Assembly: GCA_043228905.1 (NCBI GenBank)
Contig: JBHGNT010000003.1
Coordinates: 26,164,001-26,228,000, forward strand
Direction: 5' to 3'
From: Azolla caroliniana
Taxonomy: Eukaryota > Plantae > Polypodiophyta
Length of the DNA stretch: 64,000 nucleotides
The translations under genes were made by a program, and so were the position numbers. Under the pieces are notes generated by a model, which saw only the letters and a program-made list of their open reading frames with translations, made no database searches and was not told the origin of the DNA. This document shows, in pieces, positions 11,883 to 23,989 of the stretch (its first letter is position 1; each line of letters starts with the position of its first letter).

Positions 11883-12720
11883 ACTACAAAATATTGCATT
11901 GATGCAAGGTCCCTTACCTCTACAAACAAGAGAACAATCGTGGATTGATTGGTGTTTATGGGGTCAAACATTGTTGTTACTAATCTTTTGTATTATTGTT
12001 GTGTTGAATTACTTGGATGGTTATCATCTAAGGCTAAAGAATAATGGAAAATACACAAATATGATCGTGGGTGGTGGCGGATCTTACGACATAGTTGGCA
12101 TTCTAAACTGCCACTTGTGGCAAAGGTCTTCATTTCAAGAGTTCTGATTGGAGGATTGCCTTTGGGATTAGCTCTAAAGTGTCGTGGACTAGCAACGGGT
12201 AATTGCTTTTTTTGCACTGTTCAAATGGAAGATAATACTCATCGATTTATACAATGTCTGATTGCTTGTCAGAGTTGGAGTTACATTTCTCAAATTTGGC
12301 AAGTTTTATCACAGTGTTATTTGACACCTAGATAGTGGGTATTTACACGATTTACACAGGTTTACCCAAAATCAGAGATGGAGATTGTTTTTCTATTTCT
12401 AAGATATTGGGGATTGTGTCATAATAGGAGCATGCGCAACGCTTTTGTATTCGATGGTAGACATGGGGTGAACATATATCTACGAAAGTTGAAGGGAGTA
12501 CTAATGTGGCAAATTTCTTTATTGGAGCTAGTGGAAAATCTTTCCTCAGTGGAGTGTTCGTCTTGCCTATTGGCAATTCAACATGTTACACTACCCATGC
12601 AGTGTAGTTAGTGGGTAACCATACTCCATAGTGACACCCATTGTAAGTAGTGTTTTTTACACACATTTATTAATATAATTGTGTGTTTTCACCAAAGAAG
12701 AAGAAGAAGAAGAAGAAGAG
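11883..12720 (+). mobile_element. LINE ORF2 3' end (zf-RVT/CCHC region), 3' UTR and (AAG)n tail
   Basis: KVFISRVLIGGLP..CFFCTVQMEDNTHRFIQC..SWS and RN-AFVFDG fragments, typical of plant L1 C-termini. (AAG)n run at about 12694-12719. Confidence 0.8.
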
Positions 12721-12771
12721 GGAAAGTGATTTTTAGTGTCCACATAGAGGCCAATGTTGACCCATAGGGCT

Positions 12772-12912
12772 AAATGTGATTATCCTTCTTCGTCTAGCCA
12801 ACATAGTATCTAACACGAAAAGCAACATATAATGAGAGTTTGGATGAGAAAGGATGGGTTTCTTTAAGTGTTAAGTACTATATTGGCTAGACGAAGAAGG
12901 ATAATCACATTT
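12772..12912. repeat. 141-bp fold-back element (45-bp inverted arms), MITE-like
   Basis: Arms at 12772-12816 and 12868-12912 are reverse complements with 3 mismatches; the outer 30 bp are perfect. Confidence 0.85.
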
Positions 12913-13177
12913 TGCACAACTAGAATTGAACATTAGACTCCAAACGGTTACAATCTATTTGTATAGTTAAATATTCAAGGATTGTTTTCGTTACAATGTT
13001 TGACCATTGATTTTCTCAATTCTTCATGTGAGGTTGATTAGTCATTTACAAGACTTGAGAGTTTTGTCAAAGTCAAAATGTTGTCATATCGTACATTAAT
13101 CCATATGCATGAGGGGATGGTAGAGAGGTTTGTGAGAGAATATGGAATTTCAAAGTCCATCATGTGGTGGTAACATT

Positions 13178-13473
13178 TGTTGGAAATAAGTTGGTATTAT
13201 TGTCTTCTATTTAGAGTTACAATGTTCATTTGGAGGGTTATGGTTGGGGGATTACCCATTGGAGTCTCTCTCAGTCCAAGAATATTACCTTTGGATTGTG
13301 TTTCTTTTTCATGATGTCATATTGTTTCACATCTCTTTAACTTCATTTTCTCTTTGAGGGTTGTGTTTAGGGTCATCTTCTTCTCCATTTACTAAGCTCA
13401 TGTTATGGTTGTGAAAGAGGATATTCAATGTTTCTTCTTACTCAGGCGAGGGATGGAAGAGACGAAGAGGAGT

Positions 13474-13513
<40 letters not shown>

Positions 13514-13750
13514 AAAAAATGGAAGTCATGGGAAGCTCCATTAAAAGCTCCGGCCACCCGAAGAGCTTTCTTCTTGATTATTATTGATCTCTCTTGTAAT
13601 CCCGCCATTCTTTACCCTATGTTAGAAGGGTTGTTCATTGTATTGTGTGATCCAATGTTCGTTGTAACAAAATAAGTTGTTAATTTAGTTTAATTAATCA
13701 CGTCACGAAACTCTGGTGTGCAACCGAGAGATGGAGGTTGATTCGCAACA
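13178..13750 (+). mobile_element. Probable LTR of an older host element into which the gypsy element inserted
   Basis: TGTTGG...CAACA termini, (GA)n tract and LTR-like composition. Downstream sequence 13751-13834 continues in similar style at 23628 onward. No partner LTR was found. Confidence 0.5.
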
Positions 13751-13834
13751 TTTGTTGAGAGAGAGTTCCAAAAGAAGACCCAAATCCACAAGATGACCTC
13801 CACTATATGAGCGTCCCTTCAAATCCATAGTCAG

Positions 13835-14293
13835 TGTTGTCCAGAGGACAGAAATGTAAAATTAGGAAATTAGCAAACCCCGAGTCCGAGTATCACGGGC
13901 CACCGACGGCTCGGCTGTGTATTAGGGGGAAAAGTTATTTAAACGAGGACCAGTACCTTAGAGTGGGGGGGAGAAGAAAAATATAGGCGGAAGCACTAGC
14001 TAAGTCCCTCGTAACTAGCTAATCTTGTAAGGTCACCGGCCGTAGGCCGTGTTCTGTAATCTCTTCTGTCGCAGTAATATATATGAATTGTGCCCAGTTT
14101 GCTCCATGTGTCTGTGCTTTGATTCATACCTATGATTTGAGCGCCGCCCACGCCTGTCCAAATCTCGTTAGTGTTTTCTCTCTGAGCACTGTCTCTCCCT
14201 CGACGCCTCTGTTACAAGCCTTCACGTACCACGCCCTTGAATACCGATAGTCGCAGATCTATCGAAGGGGTTCACCCAAAGGAATGGGTAACA
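13835..14293 (+). repeat. 5' LTR of gypsy element
   Basis: TGTTGTCC...GTAACA; direct repeat of 23164-23622. Confidence 0.95.
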
Positions 14294-14419
14294 CAATTTG
14301 GCACGCCCGGTTACAGCTGTGAGTGCACAACGAACTTTGTTGAAGGTAACCACCAATCGTCGTTACGGCGCCCTCTCGCACCACGAGGTCTCGGCCACCC
14401 GCCCAACGCCCTGAGCCAG

Positions 14420-17400
14420 TCGTAGGAACTTCCGACTCGGCGGTCACTGACCAATCCTTTCCCGAGCAATCGGAGGCTTCCCTAGTGCAATCCTCGCCAC
14501 CGGACACTCGATCGTGAGTTGATTCACCACGAAAACCCCCGTCGAGCCCTCCGAAGGTCAATCAACCGGAACTAAACCCTTTTCCGGTGCTACCAAAAGA
14601 CCCAGAGTACGACATCATGCCGTACCCATACCCATGATACACCGATGGACCAGACGCGGAGTCACACATCCGTGCCTTCATATCCACGTGGCAGGCCAAC
14701 CACTCAACACACCGCCTCACGCCAGCCGAGATCGATGCCTCAAAGATTGCAGAGTTCACACTCTCTCGATGGACCGGCCGCACGATGGTACTCTCGGCTC
14801 GAAATAGGAGAGGCCACCACTTTTCAAATCGTGCGCACAAAGTTCCTTGAACTTTTTCATCGCGAGGTGCCTAAACGGGAACTGCTCCGACAATTCTTCT
14901 CTATATGCCAGGAACCGCACGAAACGGTCGCGCAGTTCACGATCTGGTTCCAGGATCTCTACCGACAAGTGGACGATGATGTCTCGGCACAACATATACC
15001 AGACACTTTCCTATCCAGTTTACGAGAGCCTCTCCGAACGACTCTTGCACTTACAAATTTCGCCAACCATACTATCGAACAAGTCATAGCGCGGGTTCTC
15101 GCCCTCGATCGGACCCAGCACGGCGCGGCCTTCTCAATGACATCCTTGCAAAACGCTCTTCCCCAAGAGGACAATCGCTTTCGCCAAGCCCTCCAATGCA
15201 CGGTGTGTTCAGGATCAGGGCACCTGGCCCGCGAATGTCCCCACCGACCACAATGTCCGATCTCCCAGTCTCGAGCTCACACTGTCGAGCAGTGCGAATA
15301 TAATATGCTGAACCGCACAACGGCGGCACCGGTCCGCCAGATTGAGCCACGAAATACATACTCTCGGCAAGACGAGCGATATGTCTACCGAGACCAGGAT
15401 AACGACCGACCGCGATCCCCGAATCGATGGCGCCGAGACGACGACTACCGACGTGATGACAACTGTGATCATTATCGCGATGACCGGCACGACGATTATG
15501 CTCGATACGATGACGATCGCGATGACCGGTATGACCGACGGAACTCACGCATTTATCGGCGAAACGGCAACCGCAACACACGCAACAATAGAAGACCTAA
15601 TGACAACCGCCGATGGGACGCTCCTCAAAATGACCAGCACAACTCCAACGCACCTCGGAACAACCCACCACCAAACGAGACGGAGAATCAACAACAATAG
15701 CTTCCACACACAGACCGAGAGGACACCAGCAGCTCGGCCAACGTTACATGTTTTAAATGTAACCAACCAGGCCACTACGCCACGCAATGTCCAACAACCA
15801 ACCGTGGCAAGGCACCCGCGGTGAACAGTATCATGGCCGATGTTCAAACGGTCACTACCAGGAGTAAAGCGCAGACTACTCAGTGGCAAATCCAGGATGA
15901 AGTACGTCAGGCAGCAAAAGAATGGATCGACACGGCCAATAAAAATAATGTCGTACGCATGCAAACTGACATGAGAGACGGGCCCAGTGAAGTACTACAA
16001 ACCTCGGCACCATCCACGTCGTCGGAGGACGACCAGCTATGGGATGTTCTTACCAACTCCCGCATCTCGTTACCCCTACATAAATTGTTACCACTCATGC
16101 TGAGATTTCGGGACACCCTGGCGGCACTCCAGGCCAATACTAAGCCCGTGACGCCACCGGTACACCTCACCGAAGCAGGAACCGGTCCACCACTCATGGA
16201 TTCTCAGAACCCAGCCGTGTGAATCATCATTAAGGGACAAGACCTGCACGGATGCATCATCAACAGTGGATCTGGCGTAAACGTTATTAGCGAGTCAACG
16301 TGTCTCAACCTCGGCCTAAATCAATGGGAACCATGCCCCTTTTGGCTTCGGATGGCCGACACCCGCTCCATTCGCCCCATTGGTTTAATCCGCCATCTCG
16401 ACTTCACACTCAGAGGCCACATGTTCATGATCTCGGCCGTCGTGCTAAGACTGGAGACATAAGGCGCCTACCCAATGTTACTAGGTCGACCATGGTTGCG
16501 TACAACGAATATCAAGCAACATTGGCAACGCAACATGATCTCGTTCCGAAGAGGAAAGACAAAAGTCTGAATCATCACTGAAGAACGAGTCCCCGTCGCC
16601 CTCAACACTTCGTCGTTATACGCGGAAGGGGTCCATATGCTTGACGGTTTGGCCGATGAGGAGGTCGATGACTTCCTAGATGATCATCCCACGATCATCC
16701 CACTCTTCGAAATCAATGCCTTACCAACCATCGTGCCATCTAAAGACGAGGAAGTCACGGAGGAGTCACCTCCCTAGGATGAACCAGATCCAACCACAGT
16801 TGCCGAGCTACGTCATGCTCGGGAGGCTTTCGAACGCGAACTCGCCATTTCACAACGAGTGAAAGCATCAACCCTGGAAACAATAAACCTCGGTTCGGAC
16901 AAGAATCCCCGTACCTTACAAATTGCCAATAATCTACCAACCGGAGAACGGGCATGCCTCGTAAAATTGCTCACCAACTACCAGGATGTTTTCGCTTGGT
17001 CTTACACCGATATGAAGGGGCTGGATCCTCAATACTACCAACATCAAATTCACATCTTACCCGACACTCTGCCGGTTCAGCAGAGGCGCTACAGGATGAA
17101 CCCCAACTACGCCGCTAAAGTCAAAGAGGAAATCGACAAACTACTCTGAGTGGGCTTCATTCGCCCTGTTAAACGGGCCACGTGGTTGAGTCCGATCGTA
17201 GTGGTCCCAAAGAAGAACGGAAAAATCCGCGTCTGCATCGACTATCGGAAGCTTAACGCGGCAATAGTCGCCGGCGGTTTCCCTCTTCCATTCACGGATA
17301 GTGTCCTCAACACGGTAGCCGGCCACGAATGCTACAGTTTCCTCGACGGGTTCAGCGCCTATAACTAGATAAGAATGCACCCAGAGGATCAGGAGAAAAC

Positions 17401-19753
17401 CGCTTTCGTCACGGAATGGGGTGTTTTTGTAGCAGAAGTAATGATGTTCGGTCTAAAAACGGCGCCGGCTACGTTCCAGCGCATCATCACCGAAATCTTT
17501 CATGACTACATCCCGACGTTCATGCAAGTCTTTCTCGACGATTTCGCCGTGTATGGCCATCGACGGGAACACATGACCCAGTTACAACTCTGCCTGGACC
17601 GATGTCGCCAAGCTCGATTGAGCTTAAACCCGGCGAAATGCGCGTTCTTAATCACCAGCGGCAACCTTCTCAGCCACATTGTCAATCAAGAAGGCATCAC
17701 TATGGACCCGGATAAAATAAAGGCAATCCTGACCGCCACCGCACCCTCGAACGCTAAGGCACTAAGCCGTTTTTTGGGACAGATCCGGTGGCACAGCCGA
17801 ATGATACGGCACCTGGCTGATTTCGCGACACCTTTACACGCGGCAGTCCAACGCCTTCCCTTCCAATGGACGTCAATCGAGGACACGGCCTATCAGACCC
17901 TGAAACGAATGTTGTCACATGCCCCGGTGGTCCAGTCTCCGGTTTGGTCCGAACCGTTTCATGTCTTCGTAGATGCTTCGGACATCGCCATCGGAAGTGC
18001 CCTGATGCAATGCACACCCCCGATTTGGTATAGGCCCGTGTATTACGCCAACCGACGGCTCTCGACCGCGGAAAAGAATTACTCCACCATCGAGCGGGAG
18101 GCCCTCGGTATGATTTATAGCATCAATAAATTTCGGCATTACCTCTTGGGCCGAAAATTTACCTCTCAAGTGGATCACTTGGCCCTTATTTATTTGGTCA
18201 ATAAACAAACCCTCACCGGACGGTTGGCTCGGTGGATGCTCCTACTACATGAGTTTGATTTCCAGATTCAGCATCGACCCGGGGTACAACATGCCGTCGC
18301 CGACTACTTGAGTCGTCTTGAGTCAGGGGAACCGGCGAAAACAACGTACGACGAGCTACCGGACGCCAGCCTATTTAACCTGACCACGATAACAGACGAT
18401 AACGAAGATGAATGGATCACGGAGATGACCCATTTTCTCACTATCGGTGTACCTCCCGAGCACATGACCCTTGACACGAGAAAACGCCTAGTAGTGCGTA
18501 GCCGGAATTTTTGCCTCGTCTCGGACATTCTCTACCACAAAGGCTCGGACGGCATATGGCGCCGAGCGATTCGGCAATTCGAGAAGAACGTCGTTCTTCA
18601 GGAAGCCCACCAGGGAGTAGATGTGGGGCACTACGCCGGGGATTCCACGGCAAGGAAAGTTTGGCAAAGTGGATTGTGGTGGCCGACAACGAAGAAAGAC
18701 GCTCACGAGTTTTGCCGGCAGTGCGATTTGTGCCAACGACTGGGGCAACCAATGGAACAGTCACGGATGCCACACCAACCGATTCTTCCGTTGGACCCAT
18801 TTCAAAAATGGGGTTTGGATTTTGTAGGCCCTTTCAAACCACCCGCGGCCCGAACAGGGAATAGGTATATTATTGTTGCCACGGATTACTGCACCAAATG
18901 GGTCGAGGCTAAGGCACTCCGAGATAACACGGCGGCATCCACGGCTAAATTCGTGTACGAGCACCTCTGGTGCCGTTATGGATGCCCAATCGAGCCCGTT
19001 AGTGATCAAGGTGGGCACTTCATCAATCATATAATACGTGAGCTTACACACCACTACGCGGTGGTGCACAAGAAAAGCACACCATACTACCCGCAGGCGA
19101 ACGGCTTGGCGGAATCGACCAATAAAATCCTCCAAACCATACTGAAGAAGATCATCAATGAAAACAGGACCGATTGGGATGACAAACTCCAGAGCGCGTT
19201 GTGGGCGTATCGTACGACTTTCAAAACAAGCATCCAATCAACCCCCTTTCGAATGGCGTTCGGGTTAGAAGCCGTAATGCCCGTCGAGTTCCAAGTCCCG
19301 AGCCTCCGAGTTCAAATCAAAGCACGGCTCCCCGAGGCCCAATCCGAGCAATACCGACCGGAACAACTCCTCGAACTCGGCGAAGATAGGATAGAGAGTA
19401 TGGCCCAGCTCGAACAACGCCAACGGCAACGCAAGGCTTTCGTGGATCGACATCGACACGGGCTGGAAAAGGAGCTCACCATCGGCAAACCGGTTCTTCT
19501 TTTTCAAACACGACTCGGGTCTATGCCGGGAAAATTAAGATTTCGGTGGACCAGTCCATTCTGGATTATCGACGAGTTCAACGGGACGTTCCAGCTCGGC
19601 ACACTCGCCGGCGACACTGTCAAAAGCTGGGCCAATGGTTTCCGACTTCGACCATATCGAGGCACTACACCACCCAACCCGTTTACCGAGCCACACGGCA
19701 CAAACGAGTTTTGGGAGACCACCACGGAGGAGGCCACGTGTCCCCCTGAATAA
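14420..19753 (+). pseudogene. Gypsy gag-pol, disrupted by a frameshift near 14760 and several in-frame stops
   Basis: Zn knuckles CTVCSGSGHLAREC and CFKCNQPGHYATQC; protease-like IINSGSGVNV; RT DVFAWSY, WLSPIVVVPKK, FLDD; RNase H VDASD/REALG; integrase H..H..CDLC, WGLDFVGP, SDQG, NGLAE. Stops at 15698, 16220, 17147, 17366 and others. Start is approximate. Confidence 0.92.
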
Positions 19754-20278
19754 GGACTCACCCACCTTCTTGAAATTAATAAAAGTAGTAGTAGGTAGGA
19801 TTAACCATAGTTTAGCCACCGATTAGCTACACCTACACCACCCACCTAGGCACCCACAAATTTAGGGGCACCCCTCGCCACCACTCTTTTAGTACCTATT
19901 TAAGCACATGCAAAGCACTAGAAGCACCCCACTCACCTTCAGGACACGTGGTGCTAGTCACTTATTATGGCACCCACGACTCAGAATCTTCAAGATTCGC
20001 TTCAAGCACAAAACCCTAGGAGTAAGTTACTAAAACCGTTTCCAAAACGCAGCAGCACAGACACAGAAGTTCATTATCGCTCCCAATCTCCATCGTTCTC
20101 AAGCTCAAAAACCCCGTCTTGCTCTCATCGCGCTAAACGCTCTTGCTCTCAAGCCCTCTTTCGCTCTCATAACCCCTCTACTGAACTTCCCATTCCTATT
20201 GATCCTTCTCTATCTCGCCCTCGCCTCATCACTCTTCTTCACGCTTCCACACAGTCGAACCCCGTCTCCATCTCCACC

Positions 20279-23065
20279 ATGCCTCTTACCGCTTCAACAG
20301 AAACCCGCGCCTGGCTCCAGGAACGAGGAATGGGCGGTTACCTGAAGATCATTGATGCCCCCGCGCACCCAGATGCCCAAGGTGTGGCTAAACGTATAAG
20401 TCCCGAAGCCATCACCAACAACGTGCTTCGGGCTGTTTTGGATCTGCAACGGGGAGGGGACCATGAGGTCGACATACCCCCGGCATCAAAGATGAAAGCG
20501 TATTTCGGTGAGTACTCAGCCTTAGGGAAGGCATATCGCACGTATGGCAGTCCCAACAGAGCTTTCGGGGAGATTGCTCGTATATTAATGGAGTATGCGT
20601 TCGTGCATACGAACCCAACGAGCATGCCGCAGAACAAGGTAGCCATCATCATCAGCGCATATGAAGGAAACAGAATCGATTGGGGAATCATCACAGGCGA
20701 AGGACTCCGCGCCGCCTTAGCTTCATTTCAGTCCGGTAAGAAGATGTTGTATGTTCTTACCCACTTTTTGATGGTTCTATACCCACCCTCTTCTCTTCCT
20801 TCCCCTCGCACACTCACGTCCCCACCACCACCACGAAGGCAGAAAGAGAAATTCGTTGCCATCAGCCACGAAGCATGGGAGGAGCCCACATCGCCTCCAC
20901 CTCCTGCCGCTGACCAAAACCCCGCATCTGCACCACCACCCACTCAACCCCAACAAAAAAGGGTAGTTTCCAAGACCTGCCAAGAATGGGAGGAGGAGGT
21001 AGCCGTGGAAGATAACATGGCCGATGATGTCACCATTCGACAGCCAACGTCGCGCCCCTCGGTAACTTCCCTAGAGCCTAGCCCATGCCCCAACACACAG
21101 CAGGTTGCACCACCACGACCCCAGAAAAGGAAGCAGGCGGAGGAAACGACACTACCGGCCCCAGAACCCCAAACACAGCCGAGCAAGAGAAGACGACTCA
21201 ACCGCAAGTCCTCGGAAGAACAGAAAGAGCCACAACAGGAGCAAGCCTTAGTTGTCAAACAGAGCAACCTGGCCATCATCCCTGAGGAGGCATCGCTGAA
21301 CCAGGGAAAGATCGAGCATGGGCAGACAACTCAAATCTCGGAGGATGAAGTCCTCGGGTATAAGGACCTCCCCGCGGAGGCTTACAAATTTAGTGCGCTC
21401 CTACACCTCGGTACGACATTCGAGCTGGTCGACTTCCTCGCTAGAGCCCAAGTCACGGCAACCGCTCGAATGGTGGAAGAGCACGCCGAAACAAAAATGA
21501 TTCAACGCGTGCTAATAGGTGAAATTGAGCCCCAAGAGGACAGGGCTTTACAAAAAATCGGGAGAAAGAAGCAAGCAAAACAGGCCGCTCTCCTCATGGA
21601 GGTCCCCGAGTTGAACACGGCCCTTATCGAGGCATATAGGGACCTGGATCGCACTACGCGGGCAGCCAAAGACATGGCCCGAAAGATACAAATAACCCAA
21701 AAACAGGCTAAGATGGCTACAGAATTATGGCACGCTGCGAAACAGAAGCGGGCAGCCTGGGAGCAAAACCGGTCGGAACAACTCTTGAGCCTTCCGGCCA
21801 CGACCACCGAGGCCCTCCCAGCCCCTCCACGCCTAACAATGATGGATGAAAGCACCGTCACAGATTCAATCCTGACGATGCAGGCTAGTACACAAACGGA
21901 CTCGTTACAAATGGTCGATGCCTGCACAACAACCGAGGCGGCCACGCCCATGGAGAAGACCGAGATACCACCCCCTCGTGCACCCAAGGAGGTGGCAACC
22001 CAGACAGAACCCCTGCTCCGGGATTACTGCGCGGAGCTTAAAGAAGAAGAACGACGAACCGAGAGACATGAACAATGGCATCAAGAGGCGATGGCTCGCC
22101 TAAAAGAAGAAGCTTCCAAGCAGATGGCCGAGATTAGAGCCCAGGCTAACCAAAGGATACACGAGCAGAACGAAGCACTGGGTCGGGTACAAGCGCAAGT
22201 CGCGGGTAAAGAAGCCGAACTCAAAAGCAAGTTGGAGGAATACGCAGCCACAGTGGCAAAGAAAGAGAAGGAGGTTCTAGACCTATAGGCCACGCTCGAC
22301 AATGCGAAAGACTGGAACCATCAGCAGGAGGAAAGAAATCGCCAATGGGAGGAGAGAATGATCGCGAAGAATGCTGAGCTGCAGAGTCAGCGTACGACCC
22401 GGCATGGAGTAGACACGCATCAGAATACTGATCGAGAACAGTGCCAGCACCTTACCAAAAAGGTCGAGGAAACATTAAGTCGCGCAGGAGACGAATGGGC
22501 AGCCCAAGCTGCCGAATTGCATATTTTACGCGCCGACGCCGAGAACCGACGGAAGGAGGGCCGCGGCTTCTACAAAATGGACGAAGCCAGCATACAAAAC
22601 CTACGTGCGGATTTAACTGAGGATTACCAGTCCTTGGCAAAATCTCACACCGCGGCAATCAAGCAAATAATGGAGGACTTCAATGACGGTCAGATGTTGT
22701 TTCGCCTGGAAGTAGAAGCCTTCGAACGAGAACGACTCGCAGCCATCCCAACCAGCCCTCCAGCGGCCACAGAGCAAAAGGAAGAACCTTCCAGCAAGGA
22801 GATCACAGACACGGCACAGGAGGAACTTGCCCCGGCCAACAGACATCCCACGGACGCCCACACGGTACCAGATCCAGTCGAAGTAGAGATTAGCGCCCTC
22901 GAACCCACACCCCCACCAGAAGAATCGACCGCACCTAAGGCGGACGCCCGAGAAGATATGACACCCCTGGACCAAACTCAACCCCCCGCATCGACAGTCC
23001 AACCAGACCACCCTGCCACCACCCCGGACCCCGAAAACATCCTCGACATCTTAAAAGAGGAATGA
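20279..23065 (+). CDS. Extra 3' ORF of the gypsy element (about 928 aa; globular N-terminus, Pro-rich linker, NLS-like basic motifs, long coiled coil), one internal TAG at 22286
   Basis: ORFs 19967-22288 and 22358-23065 are in the same frame, separated by a single TAG. ATG 20279 is in CCACCATG context. The ORF lies between integrase and the 3' LTR. Confidence 0.75.
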
Positions 23066-23163
23066 AACGAGGATCACGCCTAAAAGGCAATTTTTGTAAT
23101 ATTGTTAGTATTTTGTAAGTCGTGGGTTCGACGGACAAGGTCCTGTCCCATGAGCGTGCCAGG

Positions 23164-23622
23164 TGTTGTCCAGAGGACAAAAATGTAAAATTAGGAAATT
23201 AGCAAACCCCGAGTCCGAGTATCACGGGCCACCGACGGCTCGGCTGTGTATTAGGGGGAAAAGTTATTTAAACGAGGACCAGTACCTCAGAGTGGGGGGG
23301 AGAAGAAAAATATAGGCGGAAGCACTAGCTAAGTCCCTCGTAACTAGCTAATCTTGTAAGGTCACCGGCCGTAGGCCGTGTTCTGTAATCTCTTCTGTCG
23401 CAGTAATATATATGAATTGTGCCCAGTTTGCTCCATGTGTCTGTGCTTTGATTCATACCTATGATTTGAGCGCCGCCCACGCCTGTCCAGATCTCGTTAG
23501 TGTTTTCTCTCTGAGCACTGTCTCTCCCTCGATGCCTCTGTTACGAGCCTTCACGTACCACACCCTTGAATACCGATAGCCGCAAATCTATCAAAGGGGT
23601 TTACCCAAAGGAATGGATAACA
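23164..23622 (+). repeat. 3' LTR of gypsy element
   Basis: Direct repeat of 13835-14293. Confidence 0.95.
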
Positions 23623-23837
23623 ATCAGGGCCCCATTACACAAGTGCTTTTTCAATCCACAAGCACCCCTTTGAATCCACAAGTGCTTGTTCATTCTATGC
23701 GCACTTGTTCCTTGCACGAGCACATCTTCATTCCATGAAGGGATTGCATGATGACAATCCACGAAGGGGAGAAGATTCCTTGAAGAGATTACATGGAGAC
23801 AATGAATGAAGGATTTACAATGGGATAATCCACAAAG

Positions 23838-23989
23838 GAATTACATGAATGCATTCCACAATGGGAGAATCCAAGAACGAATTACATGAATGCATTCCAC
23901 AATGGGAGAATCCAAGAACGAATTACATGAATGCATTCCACAATGGGAGAATCCAAGAACGAATTACATGAATGCTTTCCACAATGGGA
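23838..23989. repeat. 41-bp tandem repeat, 3 perfect copies plus a partial fourth
   Basis: Unit GAATTACATGAATGCATTCCACAATGGGAGAATCCAAGAAC starts at 23838, 23879, 23920 and 23961; degenerate units flank it. Confidence 0.92.

Larger units (their letters stand above)
13835..23622 (+). mobile_element. Full-length, decayed non-chromovirus Ty3/gypsy LTR retrotransposon with extra 3' ORF
   Basis: 459-bp LTRs at 13835-14293 and 23164-23622 differ by 11 substitutions. TSD GTCAG/ATCAG. PBS TGGCACGCCCGGT at 14299-14311 (tRNA-Arg type). Domain order GAG-PR-RT-RH-INT with no chromodomain and no additional archaeal-type RNase H visible. Confidence 0.95.

Noticed and set aside
23076-23161. Bona fide tRNA gene
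   Set aside because: No A-box/D-arm, an insertion in the T-loop and an encoded CCA; treated as a tRNA-like element motif instead.
23838-23989. CRISPR-like regular repeat
   Set aside because: Units are contiguous with no unique spacers, there are no cas genes, and the context is eukaryotic.
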